Source: Patescibacteria group bacterium (lineage in GTDB: Bacteria; Patescibacteriota; Kazan-3B-28). Taken from it: 64,000 nt of DNA. This document shows positions 20,972 to 29,204 of this stretch, in pieces. The notes below the pieces were generated by a model. That model saw only the letters and a program-made list of their open reading frames with translations, ran no database searches and was not told the origin of the DNA. The number at the start of each line of letters is the position of its first letter. Position 1 is the stretch's first letter. The stretch lies in the NCBI GenBank assembly GCA_041649135.1, contig JBAZNQ010000002.1, positions 41,238 through 105,237 on the forward strand, read 5' to 3'. A program made the position numbers and the translations under genes.

Positions 20972-21637
20972 TTATAAATCAGGTTTGATAATTACTACAA
21001 CTTCGCCTTTGGGCGGATGAGCTAAAAAATGTTTTATCATTAGTCCGACCGGTAAGCTGATCACTTCCTCGTAGATCTTCGTCAGTTCCCGACCGACGAT
21101 CACCCCTCGTTCCCCCACCGTCGTCTGGATCTCCTGAAGTGTTTTTGCTAATCGGTTTGGCGATTCAAATAATACAATTGGTACATCCAACTCTGCCAAT
21201 TCTTTCATTAGGGTCTGCCGCCCCTTTTTCTTCGGCAAAAACCCAACGAACATAAAACTATCAGCGGGAATCCCCGCCACACTTAATAACGCTGTTACGG
21301 CACTCGGTCCCGGAATGGGCACTATTTTTGCTCCCGCTTCCCGGGCCAGTTCTACTAATCTTCCTCCTGGGTCAGCGATCGTCGGTGTTCCTGCATCGCT
21401 GACATACGCTACCGTCAGATTCTGCTGTAGATATCCGACGACTCGCTCCAACTCATCTGCTCGGCTATGCTGATGTATCCTCACTACGGGCGTTTTGATC
21501 TCATATTTAGTTAACAATTTTTTGGTTTGAGCGACATTCTCTGCCGCCACCCAATCAGCTTCTCTCAATACTCGTATCGCCCGTAAGGTGATATCTTCCA
21601 GATTTCCGATTGGCGTTCCAACCACAAATAAGGTCAT
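20972..21637 (-). CDS. rsmI: 16S rRNA (cytidine1402-2'-O)-methyltransferase
   Basis: Tetrapyrrole-methylase fold; N-terminus MTLFVVGTPIGNLEDITLRAIRVLREADWVAAE is the RsmI signature. Confidence 0.9.
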   Translation of the reverse strand: MTLFVVGTPIGNLEDITLRAIRVLREADWVAAENVAQTKKLLTKYEIKTPVVRIHQHSRADELERVVGYLQQNLTVAYVSDAGTPTIADPGGRLVELAREAGAKIVPIPGPSAVTALLSVAGIPADSFMFVGFLPKKKGRQTLMKELAELDVPIVLFESPNRLAKTLQEIQTTVGERGVIVGRELTKIYEEVISLPVGLMIKHFLAHPPKGEVVVIIKPDL

Positions 21638-22512
21638 TTCACCAATTGTTTAAGCCGATGATAAATCTTTGCCCACTCACTCAAACTTAAGTCCTGTGGC
21701 CTCATTTTTGGGTCAACCCCGATTTCCTCCAACAATTCTTGAACCGCTGTATCATCCAACCATAACCCGCCAGAGAGTGAATTGTGGAGTTGTTTCCGTT
21801 TCTCTCCGAAGCCAGCTTTTACGATTCTGAAAAATAGTTTGATGTTGTCGATGTCGTAAGGCGGTTGTTTAAACGGTCGGATCCGAATAATTGCCGAAGT
21901 TACTTCTGGCTTCGGCCAGAAAGAGGTTCTTGGGACCAAACTAATCAATTCCGGCTTGCCAAAAAACTGCACCGAAATGCCCAACAAGCTCAACTCTCCC
22001 GGTTCGGCAACAATTCGCTCGGCCACTTCCTTCTGCACCATTACCACGATTAAATCTGGTGGCAGATCAGTCTCCAAAAATAACTTCAGGATGGCCGAAG
22101 TGATGTAGTAAGGTAGATTAGAAACCAACTTATAGCTGGTCTTCCCCTGCTTCACTTTTGCCCAAGTCTTGTATCGGTCATGGATATACCGGCTGTCCAG
22201 TTTTAAAATATTTGATGGCAAAATATCCAAATTAGAATATCCGCTTCCCAACGCCTTGAGGATCTCTAGCACTTTCTTGTCAGTTTCTACGGCCAGCACC
22301 CGACCAGCTAAATCGGCCATCGGGAGAGTCATCACTCCAAACCCCGGTCCGATTTCTACCACAAAGTCTCCCTTTGACAATTCCGCCGCCGCTAGCATTT
22401 TGTCCAATATCTCCGGATCGATCAAAAAATGCTGACCCAAATTTTTCTGGGCTGACACATTGTAATAGGTCAGCAAACTCTTAATTGTTTTGAGATCAGT
22501 TAGGTCGATCAT
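21634..22512 (-). CDS. rsmA: 16S rRNA (adenine1518/1519-N6)-dimethyltransferase
   Basis: LGQHFLIDPEILDKM and an SAM-binding VVEIGPGFG motif; 4-nt overlap with rsmI. Confidence 0.92.
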   Translation of the reverse strand: MIDLTDLKTIKSLLTYYNVSAQKNLGQHFLIDPEILDKMLAAAELSKGDFVVEIGPGFGVMTLPMADLAGRVLAVETDKKVLEILKALGSGYSNLDILPSNILKLDSRYIHDRYKTWAKVKQGKTSYKLVSNLPYYITSAILKLFLETDLPPDLIVVMVQKEVAERIVAEPGELSLLGISVQFFGKPELISLVPRTSFWPKPEVTSAIIRIRPFKQPPYDIDNIKLFFRIVKAGFGEKRKQLHNSLSGGLWLDDTAVQELLEEIGVDPKMRPQDLSLSEWAKIYHRLKQLVK

Positions 22513-22608
22513 TTGGAATAATTAAGAATTAAGAATGAATAATGAAGAATGACGGAGGTCGCCTGCGGCGACTACTTTAATTTTTCACTTTTAACTATTC
22601 ACTATTAA

Positions 22609-23214
22609 CTAGATCTTGTAGTATTTTACTTTTATTTTTCCCGCTCCCAGCGGAGCGATAGCCGCAAATGCCGGTTCGTTCAAATCCAAATCAATTCCAG
22701 TAAACGCGCTTGGACCGTAATCATTGATCACTACATCTACGCTTTTGCCAGAATTAACCGCTACTACTCGCAACTTCGTACCCTTTGGATATTTTCGACT
22801 TGCCGCTGTTAGTTTATCACCAAATCGGTACCAAGTGGCCAATCCGGAATGAAGCTCACTTAATTTCGGTTTTGGAGGAGTTGCTACGGTCGCCAACGCT
22901 GTCTGCTGGATTTTGTAATTCTTGGCTACTGTTGCATCCAGTTTTGTCAAAGTGGCATCTTGGATCCACACAGTCATCATCGTGGCAAGTTGAGTGTCGG
23001 GAAGAGGATCAACCTGAAGCGTTTCGTAACTACCAAAATATTCTACTAACAATTCCGCCACATCCGTGGCAGCTGTAGTTGCGGTCCAACTTAAACCGTT
23101 ATAGTCCATGGTGATCAATCGGCTAGCTTGCACCGGTTGTTCGAATTGTCCTACTACTAATGTCGCGATTGCTAGTGTCCCAACTTGGATTAATACCTTC
23201 GGCCACTTACTCAT
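22609..23214 (-). CDS. RlpA-like double-psi beta-barrel (DPBB) lipoprotein
   Basis: N-terminal signal peptide and C-terminal GLATWYRFGDKLTAASRKYPKGTKLRVVAVNSGKSVDVVINDYGP matching the RlpA DPBB consensus. Confidence 0.75.
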   Translation of the reverse strand: MSKWPKVLIQVGTLAIATLVVGQFEQPVQASRLITMDYNGLSWTATTAATDVAELLVEYFGSYETLQVDPLPDTQLATMMTVWIQDATLTKLDATVAKNYKIQQTALATVATPPKPKLSELHSGLATWYRFGDKLTAASRKYPKGTKLRVVAVNSGKSVDVVINDYGPSAFTGIDLDLNEPAFAAIAPLGAGKIKVKYYKI

Positions 23215-25316
23215 TTACGTAGCTTTAATTTAGCGAGCTCTGCCGCCAATGTCTTAATCCCCGATTTCACAAATGCTACTGTCACAATATCGGCCGTTCG
23301 GCTAATCACCACCCCCTGACCAAATTGACTATGGTCGACTTTTGCTCCCGGCTTCAGACTATCCGAATAATGGATCTTCACCACTGTCGGTTGGTGAGTG
23401 TGAGCTGAAATTGTCTCCAACAATTCCGGTGGCAGATCGCTAATAAACCGTGAAGGCTGGTTTAACTGCAAACTGCCATAAATCAATCGTTCTCGAGCAT
23501 GAATCAGATAAACTTTCTTGCGGGCTCGAGTGATTCCGACATAGCACAATCGCCGTTCCTCCTCTAGTTCTTGACTATCAAATAAACTTCGACTGTGTGG
23601 GAAAAGGTTCTCCTCCATGCCGGCAATAAATACGTAGTCAAATTCTAGCCCCTTCGCCGAATGGAGTGTCATTAAAGTAATCGCATCCTCCGTTGGCTGA
23701 TAGTTGTCAATGTCGGCAATTAAAGTTACCTCCTCCAAAAATATTTCCAACGCTTCGGCTGTTTTGAGGTGGTCGTATTTTTCCATTACCGATTTCAACT
23801 CGTAGATGTTTTCTATTCGTGTTTGTCCCTCAATCCCAGTATCGGCCAACATCTTTTTGTAGCCGGTTTCCACCAAAATCACGTCCAACAATTTACTCAA
23901 ACTTACCGTCTGGCTTTTACTGACTAATCGTTTCAGAAGTTTGCCGAAAGTCTGCAGAACTGGCTGTAGGTTTGAATCTTGGAGCAGCAATTCCCCTGCA
24001 CTTATGCCGGTTTCAGCTACCTTCGCCATAAAGTCTTCCCACGTCTTTTTCCCAATCCCCCGCACCGGCACATTGATAATTCTCGCTAGTGCCAAAGTAT
24101 TGTTGGGGTTAGCCAGTACTCCTAAATACGCCAAGATGTCTTTTATCTCTTTCCGTTCGTAGAATCGGACTCCCCCAATTACCCGATATGGCAATCCAGC
24201 CCGTAGCAAAGATTCTTCAATACTGCGCGACTGGGCGTTGGTTCGATACAGGACCACCATGTCATTCAACTGAATTCGATGCTTGGCTCTTAATCGTTCC
24301 GCCTCCATTACAATAAACTCACCCTCTGCTTTTTCGGTGTTCGCTTCAAATATCGTCACCAACTCCCCTGCCGCTTGTTCGGTCCACAGCTTCTTTTCAC
24401 TCCGGTTCCGGTTATGGACGATCACCGAATGGGCGGCATCTAAAATATTTTGGCTCGAGCGGTAATTCTGCTCCAGTTTAATTACCATCGCTTTGGGGTA
24501 GTCACGATGAAAATTCAAAATGTTCTGGTAGTTCGCCCCTCGCCACGAATAAATCGACTGCCAGTCATCTCCTACCACAAACAAATTCTGATGCTTCTTT
24601 GCCAGTAACTTCACCAGTTCATATTGGGCTGTGTTGGTATCTTGATATTCATCTACCAAGATATATTCAAACTGTTTTTGGTATTTCTCCAATATCTTCG
24701 GTTCTTGGCGGAAAAGTTCCACCGTCTTCATAATTAAATCATCAAAATCTAACGACTGATTTTTGCGTAAGATATTTTGATAAGCTTCGTACACTCGGGC
24801 TACCGTCTGTTGAAAACTTCCCTGTGCTATTCCCCGATAACCAGCCACATCCACTAGCTCATTTTTCGCGCTGGAAATGTGTGACCGGACTGCCTCGGGA
24901 TGAATGTGTTTGGTATCAATCGATAATTCTTCCATGGCTCTTTTCACGGCTGTCAATTGGTCGTCGCCATCCAAAATCGTGAACTTCTGGCTGTAACCGA
25001 AATGTTTCGCTTCTATTCTCAACAGACGGGCGCAGAAGGAATGAAAGGTACTGATGAAAGTTGGTCGGGTGCTTCTTAAACCTAATAATCTTTGGACCCG
25101 CTCGCTCATTTCCCCTGCCGCTTTGTTGGTGAAAGTAATTGCTAAGATATTCGACAATGGGACTTTATGTTCTTGGTGCAGGTATGCAATCCGATGAGTT
25201 AACGCTTTAGTCTTTCCCGAACCAGCCCCCGCCAACACTAAAACTGGTCCTTTGATGACCTTAGTTGCTCTTACCTGTTCATTGTTTAATCCCGCCAAAA
25301 TGTCTTGCATACCCAC
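23211..25316 (-). CDS. pcrA: ATP-dependent DNA helicase PcrA/UvrD (SF1)
   Basis: Walker A AGAGSGKT, motifs FTNKAAGEM, VDEYQDTN and TLHSAKGLEFDYVF. Confidence 0.95.
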   Translation of the reverse strand: MGMQDILAGLNNEQVRATKVIKGPVLVLAGAGSGKTKALTHRIAYLHQEHKVPLSNILAITFTNKAAGEMSERVQRLLGLRSTRPTFISTFHSFCARLLRIEAKHFGYSQKFTILDGDDQLTAVKRAMEELSIDTKHIHPEAVRSHISSAKNELVDVAGYRGIAQGSFQQTVARVYEAYQNILRKNQSLDFDDLIMKTVELFRQEPKILEKYQKQFEYILVDEYQDTNTAQYELVKLLAKKHQNLFVVGDDWQSIYSWRGANYQNILNFHRDYPKAMVIKLEQNYRSSQNILDAAHSVIVHNRNRSEKKLWTEQAAGELVTIFEANTEKAEGEFIVMEAERLRAKHRIQLNDMVVLYRTNAQSRSIEESLLRAGLPYRVIGGVRFYERKEIKDILAYLGVLANPNNTLALARIINVPVRGIGKKTWEDFMAKVAETGISAGELLLQDSNLQPVLQTFGKLLKRLVSKSQTVSLSKLLDVILVETGYKKMLADTGIEGQTRIENIYELKSVMEKYDHLKTAEALEIFLEEVTLIADIDNYQPTEDAITLMTLHSAKGLEFDYVFIAGMEENLFPHSRSLFDSQELEEERRLCYVGITRARKKVYLIHARERLIYGSLQLNQPSRFISDLPPELLETISAHTHQPTVVKIHYSDSLKPGAKVDHSQFGQGVVISRTADIVTVAFVKSGIKTLAAELAKLKLRK

Positions 25317-25343
25317 ATATTATATACACTTGACCGCATAGCA

Positions 25344-25363
25344 ACTTAGAGTATTCTCTAAGT
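25344..25363 (+). promoter_or_regulatory. Perfect palindrome ACTTAGAG-TATT-CTCTAAGT in the divergent pcrA/biotinyl-protein promoter region (candidate operator)
   Basis: 8-bp arms with a 4-nt spacer, read directly from the sequence; an imperfect second inverted repeat TGCATACA...TGTGTGCA lies at 25364-25386. Confidence 0.4.
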
Positions 25364-25568
25364 GCATACATCTCAACTGTGTGCATTGCAGGTTCTGGGA
25401 GATGGGAATGACCAAGGTCGGCGAGGTTCGTTAACCTCCTCCTCGCATGCACGGCCTGCCCTTCGGGGTTCGAGTCGGAACCATCTCCCCCTTTTTAGTC
25501 CCAGAGCCGACTTGATTTTCTGCCATCACGAGTAGACAATAGCTCTATCTTGTCCCGAGGAGGATTTA

Positions 25569-25862
25569 ATGGGTTCAGGCGAAATGTTTCTGCTGGCTCC
25601 CCAATCAGGCAAAATCATTCAGTTTCTGGTGGAGGTTGGGCAGGACGTAGCAGAGGGGCAGACAGTCTTCGTCTTGGAGTATATGAAGATGCAGAATGAC
25701 ATCCCCTCCCCCAAGACCGGTCAGGTAGCCAAAATCTACTTCAAGCCGGAGGATATCGTCCAGCGGGACCAGCCAGTACTATTACTAACTGGTATAACCG
25801 AGGACTTGCCCCAATCCGAGACCCAGCCCATGTCAACCGACGACGAGGTATACCCCTATTAG
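25569..25862 (+). CDS. Biotin/lipoyl attachment (biotin carboxyl carrier-like) domain protein
   Basis: VLEYMKMQNDIPSPKTGQVAKIYFKPEDIVQRDQPVLLL closely resembles the BCCP core EAMKMMN...G-V..I.V..G..V....PL. Confidence 0.6.
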   Translation: MGSGEMFLLAPQSGKIIQFLVEVGQDVAEGQTVFVLEYMKMQNDIPSPKTGQVAKIYFKPEDIVQRDQPVLLLTGITEDLPQSETQPMSTDDEVYPY

Positions 25863-25883
25863 GACGCCTCGTCGTCCTTTTTC
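25861..25883 (+). terminator. Rho-independent terminator after the biotinyl-domain gene
   Basis: AGGACG-cctcgt-CGTCCT followed by TTTTT, overlapping the stop codon. Confidence 0.6.
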
Positions 25884-25984
25884 GGTATACTAAGAGTACT
25901 TGCCCCGTTAGAAATCTAAAAAACGGGCAGGACCGAGAGAGCAAAATAACAAGTTGGGCATAGCAAGCTAAGATTTCTAACAGG

Positions 25985-26728
25985 ATGTCAGGACACTCCA
26001 AGTGGTCTACTATCAAGCGGAAAAAAGGCGCCCTCGATGCCAAGAAGGGTGCCGAATTTACTAAGCTTGCCCGTTTAATCGAGGTTGCGGCCAAGTCGGG
26101 CGCCGATCCCAACATGAACTTCCGGCTTAAATTGGCTATTCAAAAAGCTAAGTCTGCCAATATGCCTTCTGCCAACATCGACAAAGCTGTCCGCAAAGGC
26201 GCTGGGCTAGATAAAGACAAAAGTAGCATTGAAGAAATTATGTACGAAGGTCTCGGACCGGGCAACGTGGCCGTCATGATCCAAGCCCTGACTGACAACA
26301 AAAACCGAACCGTCTCTGACTTGCGTAATCTTTTTACTAAAGCCGGTGGCAGTTTGGGAAACGCTGGTTCAGTCGCTTGGCAATTTGTCAGCAAAGGGAT
26401 TTTAATTGTTCCCCAAGGTGACCCCGACCTAGAATTAAAAGCTATTGAAGCCGGTGTGGAAGATATTCAGGATCAGGGCGACATTTGGGAGCTTCACACT
26501 CAACCTGCCCAACTTAATCAAGTTAAACAGGCGCTCATCACCGCTGGTGTTGCTATCTCGGAAGATAAGTTGGCTTTAGTTCCCACTAATTTAGTTAAAA
26601 TTACTGACCCAACTTTAGCCCAAAGGGTCATTCAATTTATGGAAACGCTCGAAGATAACGAAGACGTGGCAGAAGTTTTCAGCAATTTTGATATCGACGA
26701 CAGTGTTCTCTCCCAAATAGTAGACTAG
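25985..26728 (+). CDS. yebC: YebC/PmpR-family DNA-binding transcriptional regulator
   Basis: MSGHSKWSTIKRKKGALDAKKG...NKNRTVSDLR is the canonical YebC sequence. Confidence 0.95.
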   Translation: MSGHSKWSTIKRKKGALDAKKGAEFTKLARLIEVAAKSGADPNMNFRLKLAIQKAKSANMPSANIDKAVRKGAGLDKDKSSIEEIMYEGLGPGNVAVMIQALTDNKNRTVSDLRNLFTKAGGSLGNAGSVAWQFVSKGILIVPQGDPDLELKAIEAGVEDIQDQGDIWELHTQPAQLNQVKQALITAGVAISEDKLALVPTNLVKITDPTLAQRVIQFMETLEDNEDVAEVFSNFDIDDSVLSQIVD

Positions 26729-26929
26729 GTGCAACTGACGACCACACGTCATCCTGGTTCCCCCCTCGTCATTCCCGCGCAGGCGGGAATCCAGAAAAGA
26801 ATATTTTCTTTTTCTGTCTGGATCCTCGGGTCAAGGAACGTCTGACGTTCCAAGCCCGAGGATGACAAAATAAAATTGTGCCATAGGCAACGCCGCAATT
26901 ATTAACTATTCACTTTTAACTTTTCACTC

Positions 26930-27430
26930 ATGTCTCAAATTATTCTCGGTCTTGATCCCGGTACTGCCACCATTGGCTATGGTGTGATAGTGGCTGACAA
27001 AGCCGATGTCAAACACATTGCCCACGGCTGTATCATCACTTCAAAAACCGAAACCATGCCGACCCGATTAAACCAAATCGCTAAAGAGCTACGGATTTTA
27101 TTACGCAAATTCCAACCGGATTTAGTCGCAATTGAACAGCTCTACTTCGCTAAAAACGTAACTACCGCTATGACCGTTGCCCAAGCTCGTGGAGTGCTGA
27201 TCCAGACCGTTGCTAACCTCAATATCCCCGTCGAGCACTACACTCCCCTGCAGGTCAAACAAGCTCTGACTGGTTATGGCAAGGCGGACAAAACTCAAAT
27301 GCAGAAAATGGTTAAAGCCTTATTGGGACTGGCGGATATCCCCAAGCCGGATGATGCCGCCGATGCGCTGGCCGTCGCTGTCACTTGTGCCGCTTCCTCA
27401 AAACTGGCAAGTTTAAGTAAAGAACTATGA
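26930..27430 (+). CDS. ruvC: Crossover junction endodeoxyribonuclease RuvC
   Basis: ILGLDPGTATIGYGVI, with acidic catalytic residues and the motif DAADALAVA. Confidence 0.95.
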   Translation: MSQIILGLDPGTATIGYGVIVADKADVKHIAHGCIITSKTETMPTRLNQIAKELRILLRKFQPDLVAIEQLYFAKNVTTAMTVAQARGVLIQTVANLNIPVEHYTPLQVKQALTGYGKADKTQMQKMVKALLGLADIPKPDDAADALAVAVTCAASSKLASLSKEL

Positions 27431-27993
27431 TTGGAAACATCCACGGACAAGTTATCAGTAAGGGGCTGGACTGGGTACTCGTCGATACTACCGGCGGGGT
27501 TGGGTATAAAGTTTCTGTTACTCATTCAGTCTTGTCGAGTGCAGTCATCAACGAGCCCATCAGTCTGTTAACTCATTTAATTGTCCGCGAAGACCAATTG
27601 ACTCTCTATGGTTTTACCGCTCAAGCCGAGTTAGAGTTTTTTGTTCAGCTTATTTCTATTAGCGGGGTTGGCCCTCGGCTGGCTTTGAGTGTCCTCAATG
27701 CTGGCTCGGTTAATGAACTTAAAACTGCCATCGTCAGCAACAATCTTGCCATGCTCACCATGATCTCTGGTATTGGTAAAAAGACTGCTGAACGCATTAT
27801 GGTTGAATTAAAAAACCGCTTGGATGTAATCGGCATGCCGATCTCTGCTGACACTGAAGATTTGCTGTCGGCGCTTACCGGACTGGGGTATAATACTTAT
27901 GAAGTCCGCAAAATTTTGACTACATTACCAGCCAATCTCGCTTCTACTGAAGAAAAACTCAAATACGCACTTCAACTTTTGGGCAAGCAATAA
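27427..27993 (+). CDS. ruvA: Holliday junction branch-migration protein RuvA
   Basis: MIGNIHGQV...GVGYKV, HhH motifs ISGVGPRLAL / ISGIGKKTAERI, and a C-terminal RuvB-interaction domain; overlaps ruvC by 4 nt. Confidence 0.95.
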   Translation: MIGNIHGQVISKGLDWVLVDTTGGVGYKVSVTHSVLSSAVINEPISLLTHLIVREDQLTLYGFTAQAELEFFVQLISISGVGPRLALSVLNAGSVNELKTAIVSNNLAMLTMISGIGKKTAERIMVELKNRLDVIGMPISADTEDLLSALTGLGYNTYEVRKILTTLPANLASTEEKLKYALQLLGKQ

Positions 27994-28020
27994 ATTTATA
28001 TTGGCATAATCTAAGGAATC

Positions 28021-28199
28021 ATGAAGGGCAACAATCACTTTCTGTTCGGCGCCATGGATCTCTTTGATCAGATTCTTCTCCTCTTGGTCGGTGTCACAGT
28101 TTTGTTGATCAATCTTGGTCTTATCCCGTACTACTGGCTGGCTTACTGGCCAATTCTCTTGATCGCAGTCGCACTCAAGGAAATGCTACAGAATAATTA
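28021..28199 (+). CDS. Small hydrophobic protein (59 aa; below the ORF-track length cutoff)
   Basis: ATG at 28021; MKGNNHFLFGAMDLFDQILLLLVGVTVLLINLGLIPYYWLAYWPILLIAVALKEMLQNN has two TM helices; stop at 28197-28199. Confidence 0.3.
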
Positions 28200-28202
28200 A
28201 AA

Positions 28203-29201
28203 TTGGCACCGTTGAAACAAAACAAAGTTATTCTTACTACGGTAATTTTAGGTGGCCTAGCAGTTGTACTGCTAGGCACCTATTTTTGGTTGTTCGCGCC
28301 TGCGAATTATCGCGGTAAAGAGTATCTCTTTACCGTGCCGTCTGGTCAGTCAGTCGCTCAAATTATTGAAGGTTTACACAGCCAAGGCTTTGTTCGCTCA
28401 ATGTTTGGGACTCGCCTAGCCTTTGTCATCAGCGGTGGGCAGATTGTCCAAGCTGGCACTTACAACATTTCTCCGCGGATGGATGTTTGGCAGATCGCAC
28501 AAATTATGACTTCCGGCGATACCGCCGTTGCTGGCGTTACCATTCCCGAAGGCTATACGGTTGCCCAAATCGCCGCGACCTTAGACCAAAAAGGTGTTAT
28601 CGGCCAAGCTGTCTTTATCCAAGCGGTCAGTAGTTATCCAGCCAACGAAGACTTTCTTAAATCTCGCACTAAAACTGATTCTCTCGAAGGCTATCTCTTT
28701 CCTGATACTTATCAAATTAATAAAGGCACTCCCGCCAACGACATCATCAGTTTGATGCTAAATAATTTCCAGCGTCGGCTGGCTCCCCTCCAAACCCAAA
28801 TTGATAAATCGGGCCGCTCGTTGAACGAAATTATTATTCTTGCCTCATTAGTCGAAGATGAAGCCCGTACCGAAACCAACCGCAAGCTGGTTGCCCAAGT
28901 TTTATTGAACCGGCTAGCCAAGCCGATGCGACTAGATGTTGATGCCACCGTGCGATACATCACCGGCAATTGGACCGAACCAATTACCAAAGCGGACCTT
29001 GCTAGCAACTCACCTTACAATACCCGCAAATTTACTGGTCTGCCGCCAACTGCCATTTGTAACCCGAGCCTAATGTCGATTAAAGCTGTTCTTCTTCCCT
29101 CTCCTACCGATGCGCTGTACTACCTTACCGACAAGGACGGCGTGATGCATTACGCTAAGACTCTTGCCGAACACAACCAAAATAAAGCTAAATATCTGTA
29201 A
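28203..29201 (+). CDS. mltG: Endolytic murein transglycosylase MltG (YceG-like)
   Basis: N-terminal TM helix, YceG motifs GVTIPEGYTVAQIA, SLVEDEA and PYNTRKFTGLPPTAICNPS. Confidence 0.85.
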   Translation: MAPLKQNKVILTTVILGGLAVVLLGTYFWLFAPANYRGKEYLFTVPSGQSVAQIIEGLHSQGFVRSMFGTRLAFVISGGQIVQAGTYNISPRMDVWQIAQIMTSGDTAVAGVTIPEGYTVAQIAATLDQKGVIGQAVFIQAVSSYPANEDFLKSRTKTDSLEGYLFPDTYQINKGTPANDIISLMLNNFQRRLAPLQTQIDKSGRSLNEIIILASLVEDEARTETNRKLVAQVLLNRLAKPMRLDVDATVRYITGNWTEPITKADLASNSPYNTRKFTGLPPTAICNPSLMSIKAVLLPSPTDALYYLTDKDGVMHYAKTLAEHNQNKAKYL

Positions 29202-29204
29202 GAG

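Noticed and set aside
22550-22575. GTCGCC-tgc-GGCGAC hairpin as the rlpA terminator
   Set aside because: The flanking U-tract is on the wrong side for the minus-strand gene; more likely part of the rsmA promoter region or repeat-motif context.
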